Source: Squalus acanthias (Eukaryota). Taken from it: a DNA stretch of 64,000 nucleotides. Each line of letters begins with the position of its first letter. The first letter of the stretch is position 1. The translations under genes were made by a program, and so were the position numbers. The notes beneath the pieces are model-generated. The model worked only from the letters and a program-made list of their open reading frames with translations. It ran no database searches and was not told the origin of the DNA. The stretch lies in contig CM059437.1 of NCBI GenBank assembly GCA_030390025.1, positions 94,364,001 through 94,428,000 on the forward strand, given 5' to 3'. Shown one piece after another: positions 36,817 through 48,133 of the stretch.

Positions 36817-38606
36817 ATAGAAACATAGAAAAATAGGAGCAGGAGTAGGCAATTCGGCCCTTCGAGCCTGCTCCGCCATTCAATATCATGGCTGATCCTC
36901 TATCTCAATACCATATTCCCGCTCTCTCCCCAAACCTCTTGATGCCTTTTGTGTCCAGAAATCTATCTATCGCCTTCTTAAATATATTCAGTGACTTGGC
37001 CTCCACAGCTGTCTGCGGTAGAGAATTCCACAGGTTCACCACCCTCTGAGTGAAGAAATTTCTCCTCATCTCAGTCCTAAATGTCCTACCCCGTATCCTG
37101 AGACTGTGACCCCTCGTTCTAGACCCCCCAGCCAGGGGAAACATCCTCCCTGCATCCAGTCTGTCTAGCCCTGTCAGAATTTTATACGTTTCCACGAGAA
37201 CCCTCTCATTCTTCTAAATTCTAGTGAATATAGGCCTAGTCGACCCAATCTCTCCTCATACGACAGTCCTGCCATCCCAGGAATGAGTCTGGTGAACCTT
37301 CGCTGCGCTCCCTCTATGGCAAGTATATCCATTCTTAGGTAAGGAGACCAAAACTGCACACAGTACTCCAGGTGTGGTCTCACCAAGGCCCTGTATAACT
37401 GAAGCAAGACATCCTTGCTCCTGTACTCAAATCCTCTTGCAATGAAGGCCAACATACCATTTGCCTTCCTAACTGCTTGCTGCACCTGCATGTTTGCTTT
37501 CAGTGACTGGTGTACAAGGACACCCAGGTCCCTTTGTACATCAACATTTCCCAATCTATCACCATTTAAATAATACTCTGCCTTTCTGTTTTTCCTACCG
37601 AAGTAGATTAACTTCACATTTATCCATGTTATGCTGCATCTGCCATGTATTTGCCCACTCACTCAACTTGTCTAAATCGCCTTGAAGCCTCTTTGCATCC
37701 TCCTCACAAACCCACCTAGTTTTGTGTCGTCAGCAAACTTGGAAATATTACATTTGGTTCCCTCATCCAAATCATTGATATATATTGTGAATAGCTGGGG
37801 CCCAAGCACTGATCCCTGCGGTACCCCACTAGTCACCGCCTGCCACCCCGAAATAGACCCATTTATTCCTACTCTGTTTCCTGTCTGTTAACCAATTTTC
37901 AATCCATGCCAGTATATTACGCCCAATCCCATGTGCTTTAATTTTGCACACTAACCTCTTATGTGGGACTTTATCAAAGGCCTTCTGAAAATCCAAATAC
38001 ACCACCATCCACTGGTTCTCCCTTGTCTATTCTACCAGTTGCATCCTCAAAAAACTCCAGTAGGTTTGTCAAACACGATTTCCCTTTCATAAATCCATGC
38101 TGACTTTGTCTAATTCCGTTGATATTTTCTAAGTGTCCTGTTATCACATCCTTTATAACAGACTCTAGCATTTTCCCTACTACTGATGTTAGGCTAACCG
38201 GTCTATAGTTCTCTGTTTTCTCTATCCCTCCTTTTTTAAATAGTGGGGTTACATTTGCCACCCTCCAATCTGCAGGAACTGTTCCATAATCTGTAGAATT
38301 TTGGAAAATGACAACCAATGCATCCACTATTTCAATGGCTACCTCTTTTAGTACTCTGGGATACAGATTATCAGGCTCTGGGGATTTATCGGCTTTCAGT
38401 CCCATTAATTTCTCCAGCACTATTTTTTTACTAATACTAATTTCCTTTAATTCCTCCTTCTCACTCGACCCTTGGTTCCTAGCATTTCTGGGAAGTTACT
38501 TGTGTCCTCTTCTGTGAAGACAGAACCAAAGTATTTGTTTAATTGCTCTGCCATTTCCTTGTGCCCCATTATAAATTCTCCTGTTTCTGACTGTAAGGGA
38601 CCTACA
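36817..38606 (-). mobile_element. CR1 LINE, about 1.8 kb, covering the RT domain with frameshifts
   Basis: YRPVSLTSVVGKMLES, QHGFMKGKSCLTNLLEFF, KFADDT (about 37721-37740), LYRALVRPHLEYCVQFWSP and RRNFFTQRVVNLWNSLP, ending in a TTTCTATG-type tail. Confidence 0.97.
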
Positions 38607-38714
38607 TATGATAAATGTAACAAACATGGAAACAAAAAGCAGGGTTTCCAAATTACCTACTTCCAAATACCTTTTGCAATTTAAATTTCACTTGGACACA
38701 AATCTACAATATAT

Positions 38715-38912
38715 AATAAAAATCCTGCTTCTGTGCGCATACCTCGTTAACTTATTTCCATTATAAATGTTTTTGTCTACATTTATAATGGAAACTGCTA
38801 CGTAAATGTATTATGCTGTAATTATAGGTTCCCACCAGCAGCGGCACTGTAGCGCCTGAGTTTTGCTCCTCAGGAGTTTCTCTGCACAACAAGCTATGTT
38901 CCAACCAGCACT
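38715..38912. repeat. Unclassified old dispersed repeat, copy 2, interrupted by the Harbinger-like relic
   Basis: Colinear with 30240-30450. A possible continuation, TTACCAAATCCTTGTT, at about 39700 matches TTACCAAATTCTTGTT at about 30465. Confidence 0.7.
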
Positions 38913-38914
38913 AA

Positions 38915-39600
38915 AGGCCGCGATTTCCCCTACCTTGGCGGGTCTGGTGCGGCCGGGGTTGGTGGTGGGTCCCGACCTCGCTGCTGGCTCCAGCCCACTG
39001 TCCAAAGTGATTTTACATTGATTGGGCTTGTTAAGCCTGCCCAGCGCGTTTGGTGGCCAACTGAAGGAAGCGGGTCTGATGACGTCACTTGATGACGAGT
39101 CATCAGCCAGTTTCCTTAAAGGGATCATGTGCAAATTTATTTTGACAGTTGTGCTGTCAGTGTTCTACAGCATTGAAATAAAGCAAACACTGACAAGCAC
39201 TGCACAGAGGTGCACGGCTGCACCCAGGCTCTCCCATGACTCCCTCCATATGGTTATGGAGGGAGTTACAGCACGCAGAGGGGTCCTCTTCCCTTCCCAT
39301 GGGCAGAAGAGACCTCCCCAGAAGATCAACGCAGCCTGGTTGCACATTAGGACACAAGTAGGGATGTCGTCAGGAGGACCAGGCTGCAGTGGCGCAAGCC
39401 TTTCAATGATCTCAGTAGATCACAAAACGTTACTGCAAAGCCACACTCAACCTCATCCTGCTGTGCCACTCATCACATCCCCATCACTCTGCCTTCCCTA
39501 CCCTACTCCTTTGAAATGGGGACTGAAGCACTGTGTGCGCACTGGTTCAATGAACCCATGTCCTCTTACCCTACTTCACCTCAACACTACACTTGCTCCT
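38915..39600 (+). mobile_element. PIF/Harbinger transposon relic with a Myb/SANT-like DNA-binding pseudogene
   Basis: AAPRLSHDSLHMVMEGVTARRGVLFPSHGQKRPPQKINAAWLHI is followed, after a frameshift at about 39360, by RDVVRRTRLQWRKPFNDL, the RTxxQCRKRFNDL helix of Myb/SANT-like proteins. TAA precedes the left end. Confidence 0.8.
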
Positions 39601-40044
39601 GACTCCAGCTGTGCTAATGGCACAGAAGATTGACTGATAGTTATACACTTTAAAAAAAAATCTCTGCAATTTATTGCAGGTATAAAATGTTAACTATCTT
39701 TTACCAAATCCTTGTTTGAAAAGTGCTCTTTCATTCAATAACATTAGAATGGGATGAGTAACCTTAAGGATTGGCACACATAAACATGTGAATTTTGAGT
39801 CGTCTCTGAACACAAATGGTTTTAAAGATGGCTGATCATGCAGCCAAGTTAATGGACATTTACTCTACATAATTGAAAGGCATTCCCACTGTGAGTTACA
39901 GGATGTCTTCTTGAGAATCATGCTAAATGCCCTTCGATTGCTTCACCACTGTTTATGATAATATTATTTTTGGGGTGGGGATGGTGCAAGATTATCTGAA
40001 CAGTTGTACATACAGCTGCATAAATCATAGATTGAAACATTTTC

Positions 40045-40785
40045 TCCTTATTTATTCAAACTCCTTCATGATTTTGAAGACCTACTAAATCTCCCCTTAA
40101 CCTTCTCTGCTCTAAGGAGAACAACCCCAGCTTCTCTAGTCTCTCCACGTAGCTGGTCCCGCATCGCTGGTACCATTATAGTAAATCTCCTCTGCACCCT
40201 CTCGAAGGCCTTTGCATCCTTCCTAAAGTGTGGTGCCCAGAATTGTACACAATACTCCAGCTGGGGCCTAACCAGTGTTTTATAAAGGTTTAGCATAACT
40301 TCCTAGCTTCTGTTTATAAAGCCAAGGATCCCGTATGCTTTTTTAACAGCCTTCTCAACTTGCCCTGCCACCTTCAAAGATTTGTATACGCACACCCCCA
40401 GGTCTCTGTTCCTGCACCCCCTTTTAAAACTGCACCATTTAGTTTATATTGCCTCTCCTTATTCTTCCTACCAAAATACATCATTTCACACTTTTCTGCG
40501 TTAAACTGCATCTGCCATGCGTCTATTATGTAGTACTTTATCAAACGCCTTTTGAAAGTTCACATACACAACATCAACCGCTCTACCTTCATCAACCCTC
40601 TCCTTTACTTCATCAAAGAACTCTATCAAGTTAGTTAAACACAATTTGCCTTTACGAAATCCGTGCTGGCTGTCATTTATTAATCCATATTTTTCCAAGT
40701 GACAATTAATTTTGTCTCTGAAAGTTTCCCTCACCACAGATGTTAGGCTGACTAGCCCGTAGTTGCGAGGTTTATCCTTCTCCCC
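40045..40785 (-). mobile_element. CR1 LINE RT fragments, internally deleted
   Basis: SQHGFRKGKLCLTNLIEFF, DVVYVNFQKAFDKV and LYKTLVRPQLEYCVQFWAP. Confidence 0.93.
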
Positions 40786-42699
40786 AAACTGCCCAAAAGG
40801 AGTTGTATTTCTCAATGATGGGTCTTGACCCTATGGGTTTCACCTTCTCCTGGAGCTCTTCACTACTATAAAGTGCTGCAATCCTGTATAGAGCAAATAA
40901 AGCCCACCCACCAAACCAGGGCAGCCACATCCAAAAGTCAGTCAAGACCAGGTTCAAGCTCTGGCCTTCTGGTTGGGATTTTGACAGTCGAACACGAGAT
41001 CTATGAAGTTATCTTGTTCCGTTTTCTTGGTACATGCAGATTAAGAAATGTACAAAATAATTTAAAAATCAATTACAGTCCATCCAAGACAGAGAACTGT
41101 AGCTTAAAAAAAAGTTACTGCAGTTACTGCCCAGGAACAAAATATTAATTGGAACTAGACAGCAAGTTCTTTTCATAAATAGCACTTTGATATTTAGGAA
41201 GAGCAATGGCAGCAGACTACACTGAAATAACCAGAGGAAACCTGTGACCTATCCACTCAAAAATATAACTCAGCAGCAGTCATCGCAGCAGCGAGTCCTG
41301 GAAGAATGAATCTGAGTAGTGCCTTTGCCACATGAATTAAAAAAAAACGAACAGCCCCCATGTTGTGATATGTCCCAGAGGAGCCCCAGTCAGCCATTCT
41401 CCTTTCCCTCTATCCATCATATTCACACAAATCCCAGAGGTGGGCCAGTTTCTGAGGACTTGCGTAGCACATTATCCTCGAGCTTAACAATCCAATATCA
41501 GTGTAGCTGGGGATAATTACTTTCCATTGATGATAAAATGCCCCAAACCCTGTCAAGCATAGTAATTTGCATCTTACAGCATTCAAGATCAATAGAAACA
41601 TAGAACAGTGAAGGCTTTTTAAAAAAAAAGGCAGCAGGCAATGCGTGAAGTGGACTTCACTGGTTAGAAGCTCAGGAACGGGTCACTGACAAAGGAATGA
41701 ATATATAAAAATGAAGGGCAATCAGGGCAGACAGATAATAAAATAATATTGTCAAGAATAAATAATATAAAGAATGAAACTAGGAACAGTGGATCAGTCC
41801 ATTTGAGGGAAGAAAAATCAGGGCACTTGTCATTGAGTGGAAGAGAGATAACCACTCGAGATTAGACTGGTATTAAATATTGGATTACCAAACAAAATAT
41901 ATAATCCATTTAGAGGCACTGATGGCGGTTCTCTGAAGCACATTTATTTGCAGCCTACGGTTCAACAACTGGCATTATAACTCCATTTCTCATCATTAGG
42001 AGAGCTGTATCAATGTCACAGTGGTCTGCTAGAGAGCAGGTCAGCTTCACCAAAGGAGTGCATTCATCAGGGACAGACAGGCACTGAGGAGCAACTGCGG
42101 CCACCGTCTGTTCGAGTATTTCACACAGAGTGGTGGTCCATGCAAAGGACATAATACTTTAGCATCGCAGCAGGACAGTACAGGCCAACATGTCCACCCT
42201 GAGGGAGAGCTGAGATGAGAACATAATTTTCAGCTGAGCAGCAGCACTGAAAAATACTAATGTGTGTGGGCACTAGACTCTTTGCAAAATGTCATCTTTA
42301 AATGTGAAAACTGAAGCATTCCCTTATGGGAAAATAAAAACTACTTCAATGATACAGACGAAAATGTCTTTCTTCTACAAGTATGACCTCCATTAACATG
42401 CTGTATTAAATATTAAGCCATTAAGAACCACTTCCTATCACATTCCTCATAAACAAGAATCTGACATTAATGGTTAAACAAAAAGATGAAAGTTGCTAAT
42501 TTTATATTCTTGCATCTATTTAAAATGGGATTTAACCCACTGGGGGCTATGATTAGACAATCTATCTTCGACAGTTTCCCTGTGCTTGTTTTGGTTACCT
42601 CTTCTCTATTCCTCCTCCCCATACTGTACACTTACACCCTTGGCACCACTCCCAGACCAACAAGACAAACATTTACCTGTCCTCAGGTAAATGCACTGC

Positions 42700-43030
42700 A
42701 AGCTGTGGGATTGAGGCATACAGACTATGAAGGTCTCAGCTTCCATCCCTGGTCTTGATTGAGATAGCTGATCTCAGCAAAAGCAGCACGAGGGGTGCTA
42801 CAATTGACCTGACTGGTCCTGGGCTAGAGACATGAAAGATTTGTCAGCGTTCTTGCTCTTGATAGCTATCCACTAACTGCCTGCTGGCAATATGTAGATA
42901 CTATTGGGGTCACTGAGATACCCCCATGTGATCGAATAACCTACCAACACGATGTCTAGGCTCATACACAAAGAATGGCCACTTGGACTAGGTTGTCACT
43001 AACTGCACCTAATAGACATTGTCCTCAAAA
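42700..43030 (+). mobile_element. AmnSINE2-like SINE
   Basis: GAGATAGCTGATCTCAGC...GGGTGCTACAATTGACCT...GCTATCCA...GTCTAGGCTCATACACAAAGAATGGCCACTTGG. Confidence 0.65.
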
Positions 43031-44951
43031 AAAGAGGCGAAAAGGGAAGAAACATTTGCTGCAAAACACTCCCAAAAAGATATTCTTCAGCTAGTTACCA
43101 GTGATTTCTCATGTATAATATGGCAGTGTACAAGCAAATAATGTATCAAATGCATCTTTTGTTAATGTAGAAATTAAAATGTACTGCAAATTATTAAGTT
43201 TTCCAAGTTAACATAAACTGGAAATGTTTTGCAGCAAAATTTCATAATAGCACCTTAGGATGATATACATTCAGCACTTTAGTTAAACAGATATACCATA
43301 GTGTAAAAGTGTTTTTATAAGGCAATGTTCTGTGGTCCAGCTGGGCTCATTGGCCTTTGTGGCTTTTATGCTTGAACCTTCTGTAGTACAAACACAGCAT
43401 GATGGCAACCACTCTTATAGCACTTTTACACTGCCGTTTATTTAGCTCCATGATTCGGTCACCAGGATAAAGGAGCTGCATTTTAGCATGTGGACCCAGC
43501 CCACGGAGGATGCTCTGCTGGGATTCTAACTAAAAACACCAATCTAAAAGTACTTCTATATTGGTGATTCAGGGTGAGGGGGGGGGGGGGCGGAAGAGAT
43601 AGAGAAGACGTAGTTAATTTCGACACCGAATTCTCCAGCGACTCCTGAAGCCAACTTACTGACATGGGAAAGCCAACTGTTATGCCTTTTAACAATGATG
43701 GTCTAATTTCTATCAGTGCAAAACATGGCTAATTAAAGGTTCCTGAAGACATTTACTACAAACTAAAATAGTTTAACAGGAAAAATCTGGTTCTTGGGAG
43801 AACAGTTCTCTTACAGAAAATGGCCAGTCTATTGATGTCGAAGAGAGCAGATGCACATATTATGAACAAGGATTCAACAAACATAGCTTTTATTTTCTGT
43901 GTGTCTAACAGGATCAGAACTGGTAGACTAACTGATCTTTAGTAAATTAAATTTTATGAGGGATGTAATTCTACAAAGGTGAAAAGTTAAAAAAAAAGAA
44001 TTCAAGTGGATTAATGAGATCTTTGAATAGAGTTTCACTGCAGTTCCAACTCATAGAAAGTTGGTAAACGATACCAAAATAAAACTTGAGGGCAGCTGTT
44101 GAGAATTTGTTTGACTGTTGTTCTCAAAGGTGGAAATAGGAAAGATATGAAACTCTTGCTTCTCCCCTCCCCCTCCATCGGTAAGACCCATTGTGATCTT
44201 AAACTCGTGAACGGAGATAGATCCAGATTAAGCTGTAACACTCAGCAAGCCTTGTAACACTGTGGAATCTTTATCTTTTATGTCTCTTGTTGATAACAAC
44301 AGTTCTTGCTAAATGACGGGGACCATATTCTCTGCGTCATGACTCCCTTCCCCCATAAGCATAAGACTTTAGTTCTAGTTAAGTTATATTAAACGCATAA
44401 CTGATTTCCACTCTGCAATGGCACCAAAGTTGCGGTAGAAATCTGGACTTGGCTCATGACCCACCTCTGGAGCCTAGCCGTGTGAGACCCCTGAAGGAGG
44501 CAGTTTCACGCTGCTTGGTTTGAATACCGTAAGGAGTATTACTGCAATATGATATCAAACCTTGTTTAAAAAGTGCTGAGGAAGTCGTATGGACCACCTG
44601 GGCATTTCATATACTTACTGGAATTGATTTAAATGTTTCCGAGTGCGGATGCTTCCGCCCATTCTCTCAAAACATTTAATGGTTAGAACGTGAGCTCTAT
44701 GCATGTCTGTATACACACCGTTGCAGAACTCTGTGCTGGGCAGGAGAATTCCAGTGGAGCCATGAGGAATTGCCTGGCAGGAACTGATACGCAGACCAGT
44801 AACTCCAGCATAAATGTATCCTCAGTCAAACAGCAAATTCTAGCAAGAGTACTGGTTAAACAATTACTAGTTATTGAAAAATTCTCCCCTCCCTAGTTCT
44901 GGGACACGATAGGCAATTGTAGCAATGTAATCATCAACCCAGCTGTGATTA

Positions 44952-45402
44952 AAGAAAGAAAACAGACAGACTTGCATTTATATAGCGCCCTTCACGACCA
45001 CCAGACGTCCCAAAGCGCTTTACAGCTAATGAAGTACTTTTGAAGTGTAGTCACTGTTGTAATGTAGGAAACGCGACAGCCAATTTGCACAGCAAGCTCC
45101 CACAAACAGCAAAGTGGTAATGACCAGATAATCCGTTTTTGTGATGTTGATTGAGGGATAAATATTGACCAGGACACCGGGGATAACTCCCCTGCTCTTC
45201 TTCGAAATACTGCCATGGGATCTTTTATGTCCACCTGAGCGCGCAGATCCGAAAGACGGCACTTCCACCAGTACAGCACTCCCTCAGTACTGCACTGGAG
45301 TGTCAGCCTAGATTTCTGTTCTCAAGTCTCTGGAGTGGGATTTGAAACCACAACCTTCTGATAGGGAGGAGAGTGTGCTACCAACTGAACCACGGCTGAC
45401 AC
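44952..45402 (-). mobile_element. DeuSINE (SacSINE1-like), near full length
   Basis: tRNA-like head GTGTCAGCCGTGGTTCAGTTGGTAGCAC...GGTTTCAAATCCCACTCCAGAGAC, Deu domain CAGGTGGACATAAAAGATCCCATGGCAGTATTTCGAAGAAGAGCAGGGGAGTT, and L2-type tail GCGCTATATAAATGCAAGTC. Confidence 0.92.
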
Positions 45403-46127
45403 TAGATTAGTTAATTTATCACAGATTGGGGACTGAATTTGGGTCCTTCCTGGCCCATAAAGCTCAGTACCATTCCAGGGAGTATATTCAGCCATAAAGA
45501 AATGGGGGTGCTCAGATTGGGCATGTTTAAATTGGTGAAGCATAGCTTCGTGTTTGTGTGACAAGGCCAACAAAATTGCTGAAAAATTAAAAGGTACCTA
45601 ACATTTCATTTTAAAATGCTCTAGTTAAATTAAGTACTAAAAAAAGTTATCCCTGTGCGCTCGAATGGATTTATAACATGTACAAGGTATATACTCATCT
45701 AATTTACTGTCAAATATAGGCATTTTCTACGTCATAAATTCAATATTCCTTCAGGTCTCAAGTAATAACACTGCTAGCCTTTGAGGCCCTAAGTCACACA
45801 CTATCTTGAAGAGGTAACATTAATGGCAATGTGGCATTGGAAGTAAATAGCTGTGGAGAAAATTCACTACCTTGTATGTACTACAGACAACAGCAGACAC
45901 CTCTTTCAGTCAATTTAACTATACTCACGGTTCACATTTCACAAAAATCTTTGCTGAACTGCTACCTTGTAATTCACCAAGAAGTATCCATTTTTCTCCA
46001 CACACAAAATATTTCTTGGACTTTTGTTCCATGAGACATTAAAATTAGTTGCATGCTGACATGGAATCCCACCAAAAAATAGTATGCATACCTCACGCAC
46101 ACCAGGGGGCAACGGGGTGGAGGGGCT

Positions 46128-46380
46128 GGGCGGTGCACTGGGTTAGACACTGGCCTTTCACTGCTGGGATCTGAGCTTAAATCTTGCCCAGACTGATGGG
46201 ATGAAAGTGTTCTCTGTCTGCCGGCTGTCAGAGTTCTATGTGAGTAAGTTTGAGCAGTCTCAGTCCAATTCTTGGTGGGCATGGCCCCACAGCAAAACAC
46301 TGTCGCTAATTCAGCACTAATTGGCTATCCCACTCAGACAGGCCACAAGATGGCTGATGTGGGAAATGGAAAAATGCCAC
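46128..46380 (+). mobile_element. LF-SINE-like element
   Basis: GGCCTTTCAC...TCTGCCGGCTGT...CTATGTGA...GTCTCAGTCCAATTCTTGGTGGGCA...GCACTAATTGGC follows the block order of the recalled LF-SINE consensus. A second copy lies at 31047-32400. Confidence 0.65.
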
Positions 46381-46849
46381 TCTTCTGTTTCTCTAGGGCA
46401 GAACAGAGAGAACTTTGCACTGAAAGCGCAATAACTTGCAGGTGTTCAATGCTTAGCCTGCAGGCCAAATTCAGCATACTTCGTAATCTCATCCTGTCCG
46501 CAGAGCAGCTCTGCACTGAAAGTTTATTGCTCCACCTCATGGGTGGGTGTAAGCGGGCATCAACGGGTCTATCCCCAGTATTTAATCTGACTAATGTGGA
46601 TGGCAAAAAATGCCGCATCGTGTACGGGGCTAAGGAAATGCAGACTCTTCAATGGTGCTGGCACCCTGGGGAGAGTGGAGGTTGGACATCCTGTGAGGGA
46701 ATCGGACTTTGTTTTGGTGCAGAAGCATCGTACTTACAGAATGCATTCACCATGGGATGCGGATTATCTAGCACAGAAACTCACCAATGAATAAATTTTG
46801 CCAACCAGACTACCCTGGGGTACTCTGCAAAATGCAACAAGAACAGTAG

Positions 46850-47060
46850 TGGAAATCTCGAACTCTCTCTCCCAAAAGGCTGTTGAGGTTGGGGGTCAAT
46901 TGAAAATTTCAAATCCGAGGTTGATAGGTTTTTGTTAGGCAAGGATATTAAGGGTTATGGAACCAAGGCGGGTAGATGGAGTTAAGATAAAGATCAGCCA
47001 TGATCTTATTGAATGGCGGAACAGGCTCGAGGGCTGAATGGCCTCCTCCTGTTCCTATGT
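46850..47060 (+). mobile_element. CR1 LINE 3' end
   Basis: NSLSQKAVE-like and FKSEVDRFLL ORF2 end, with the tail GATCAGCCATGATCTTATTGAATGGCGGAACAGGCTCGAGGGCTGAATGGCC. Confidence 0.88.
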
Positions 47061-47254
47061 AAAACACCAAAGACCCTGGTGTGGGTTCTGATCTGTTTGT
47101 GCCACTGTTGTTTGCAGATTACTGTCATTAGTGTTTCCTGGGCAGAAGTGAGCTGCCGGTGGGTGTGTCTGAAAGAGTGTGAAAATCTATCAGAAAGGAG
47201 GATAGTGGTATCAGCCATGGAGAGAATCAGTCACAGGGAGATCACTGAAGATTA

Positions 47255-47990
47255 AATGCAGCTGAGGAAGGCTCTTCAGCCCATGAAGTTTAGCCCTCCA
47301 TAAAAATCTAAAATCTTCTCCATCAAGCATCAAACTGCCTCTTGAATGACTGCAGAGTTTTTGCCTGCACTCCCCAGGCCAGAGACCATTCCAAGTATTA
47401 ATCCCTCTGTGAAGTGCTTCCTGACATTACTCCTCAACTTGCCTTTTACCAATTTGTACATGTATCTCTTTGTCCTGCAGTGTGGTTCAACTTTAAATAG
47501 CGCTAAGGGTTACCTTTTCCATTCCCTTAGTATCTTATATACTTCTGCAAGGTCCCCTTTTTCATCTCCTTTCAAGGCTGAAGAGTTGCAGCTTTTTCTA
47601 ACTTTTCCCTGAAGCTCAGGCCTCTGACAAGAGGGATTAGCCTCGTTGTCCTTCCTGCACCAGATCCGGAGCTATGATTCTTCCCTCGTCTCTCGGGAAT
47701 CAGAACTGAACATAGTATTCAAGGTGTGGTCTGACCAGAGCACTGTATAGAACTCTACTGATTTGGTTGTATATATATATATATATATATTTTCTATTTG
47801 CTTTGCTAATTGTTACCCTGCAATGAATGGACATGGTCAGTGTTGAGTCGACAATCACTCTGCAGCCTCTGTCTGAGCTTAATCAACATCATTCATTAAT
47901 TATGTCCCCCAATTCATTTAACAATGTGTGAGACCTTGCACTTATCTATATTGAATATCAATTGCCATAGCCCTGTTCACTTGTAGATAC
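47255..47990 (-). mobile_element. Old, diverged CR1 LINE fragment
   Basis: GAACTGAACATAGTATTCAAGGTGTGGTCTGACCAGAGCACTGTATAG reads YSALVRPHLEYYVQF on the reverse strand. It includes a (TA)n tract at about 47770-47790. Confidence 0.8.
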
Positions 47991-47991
47991 T

Positions 47992-48133
47992 GGGGGTAAT
48001 TTTCACTTTCAGTGTGGGCAGAAAACTGACTGTTGCGGATCAACCGTTATACATCCCTCCCGATTATCCTTTCCTTTTATCAGTGACCGCAACTGCCAAT
48101 TTTCTGCCTGCACCAAAAGAACAAATTACCCTC
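47992..48133. mobile_element. Small palindromic MITE
   Basis: Ends GGGGGTAATTT...AAATTACCCTC, with extended arms GTGGGCAGAAAACTGACTGTTGCGG and CCGCAACTGCCAATTTTCTGCCTGCAC. Confidence 0.75.

Noticed and set aside
36905-38420. Reverse transcriptase ORFs as an active element or a novel RT system
   Set aside because: Ordinary 5'-truncated CR1 ORF2 broken by frameshifts, with no ORF1 or intact endonuclease.
46272-46790. 172-aa plus-strand ORF
   Set aside because: It starts inside a SINE, shows no protein-family signature, and is antisense to the host gene.
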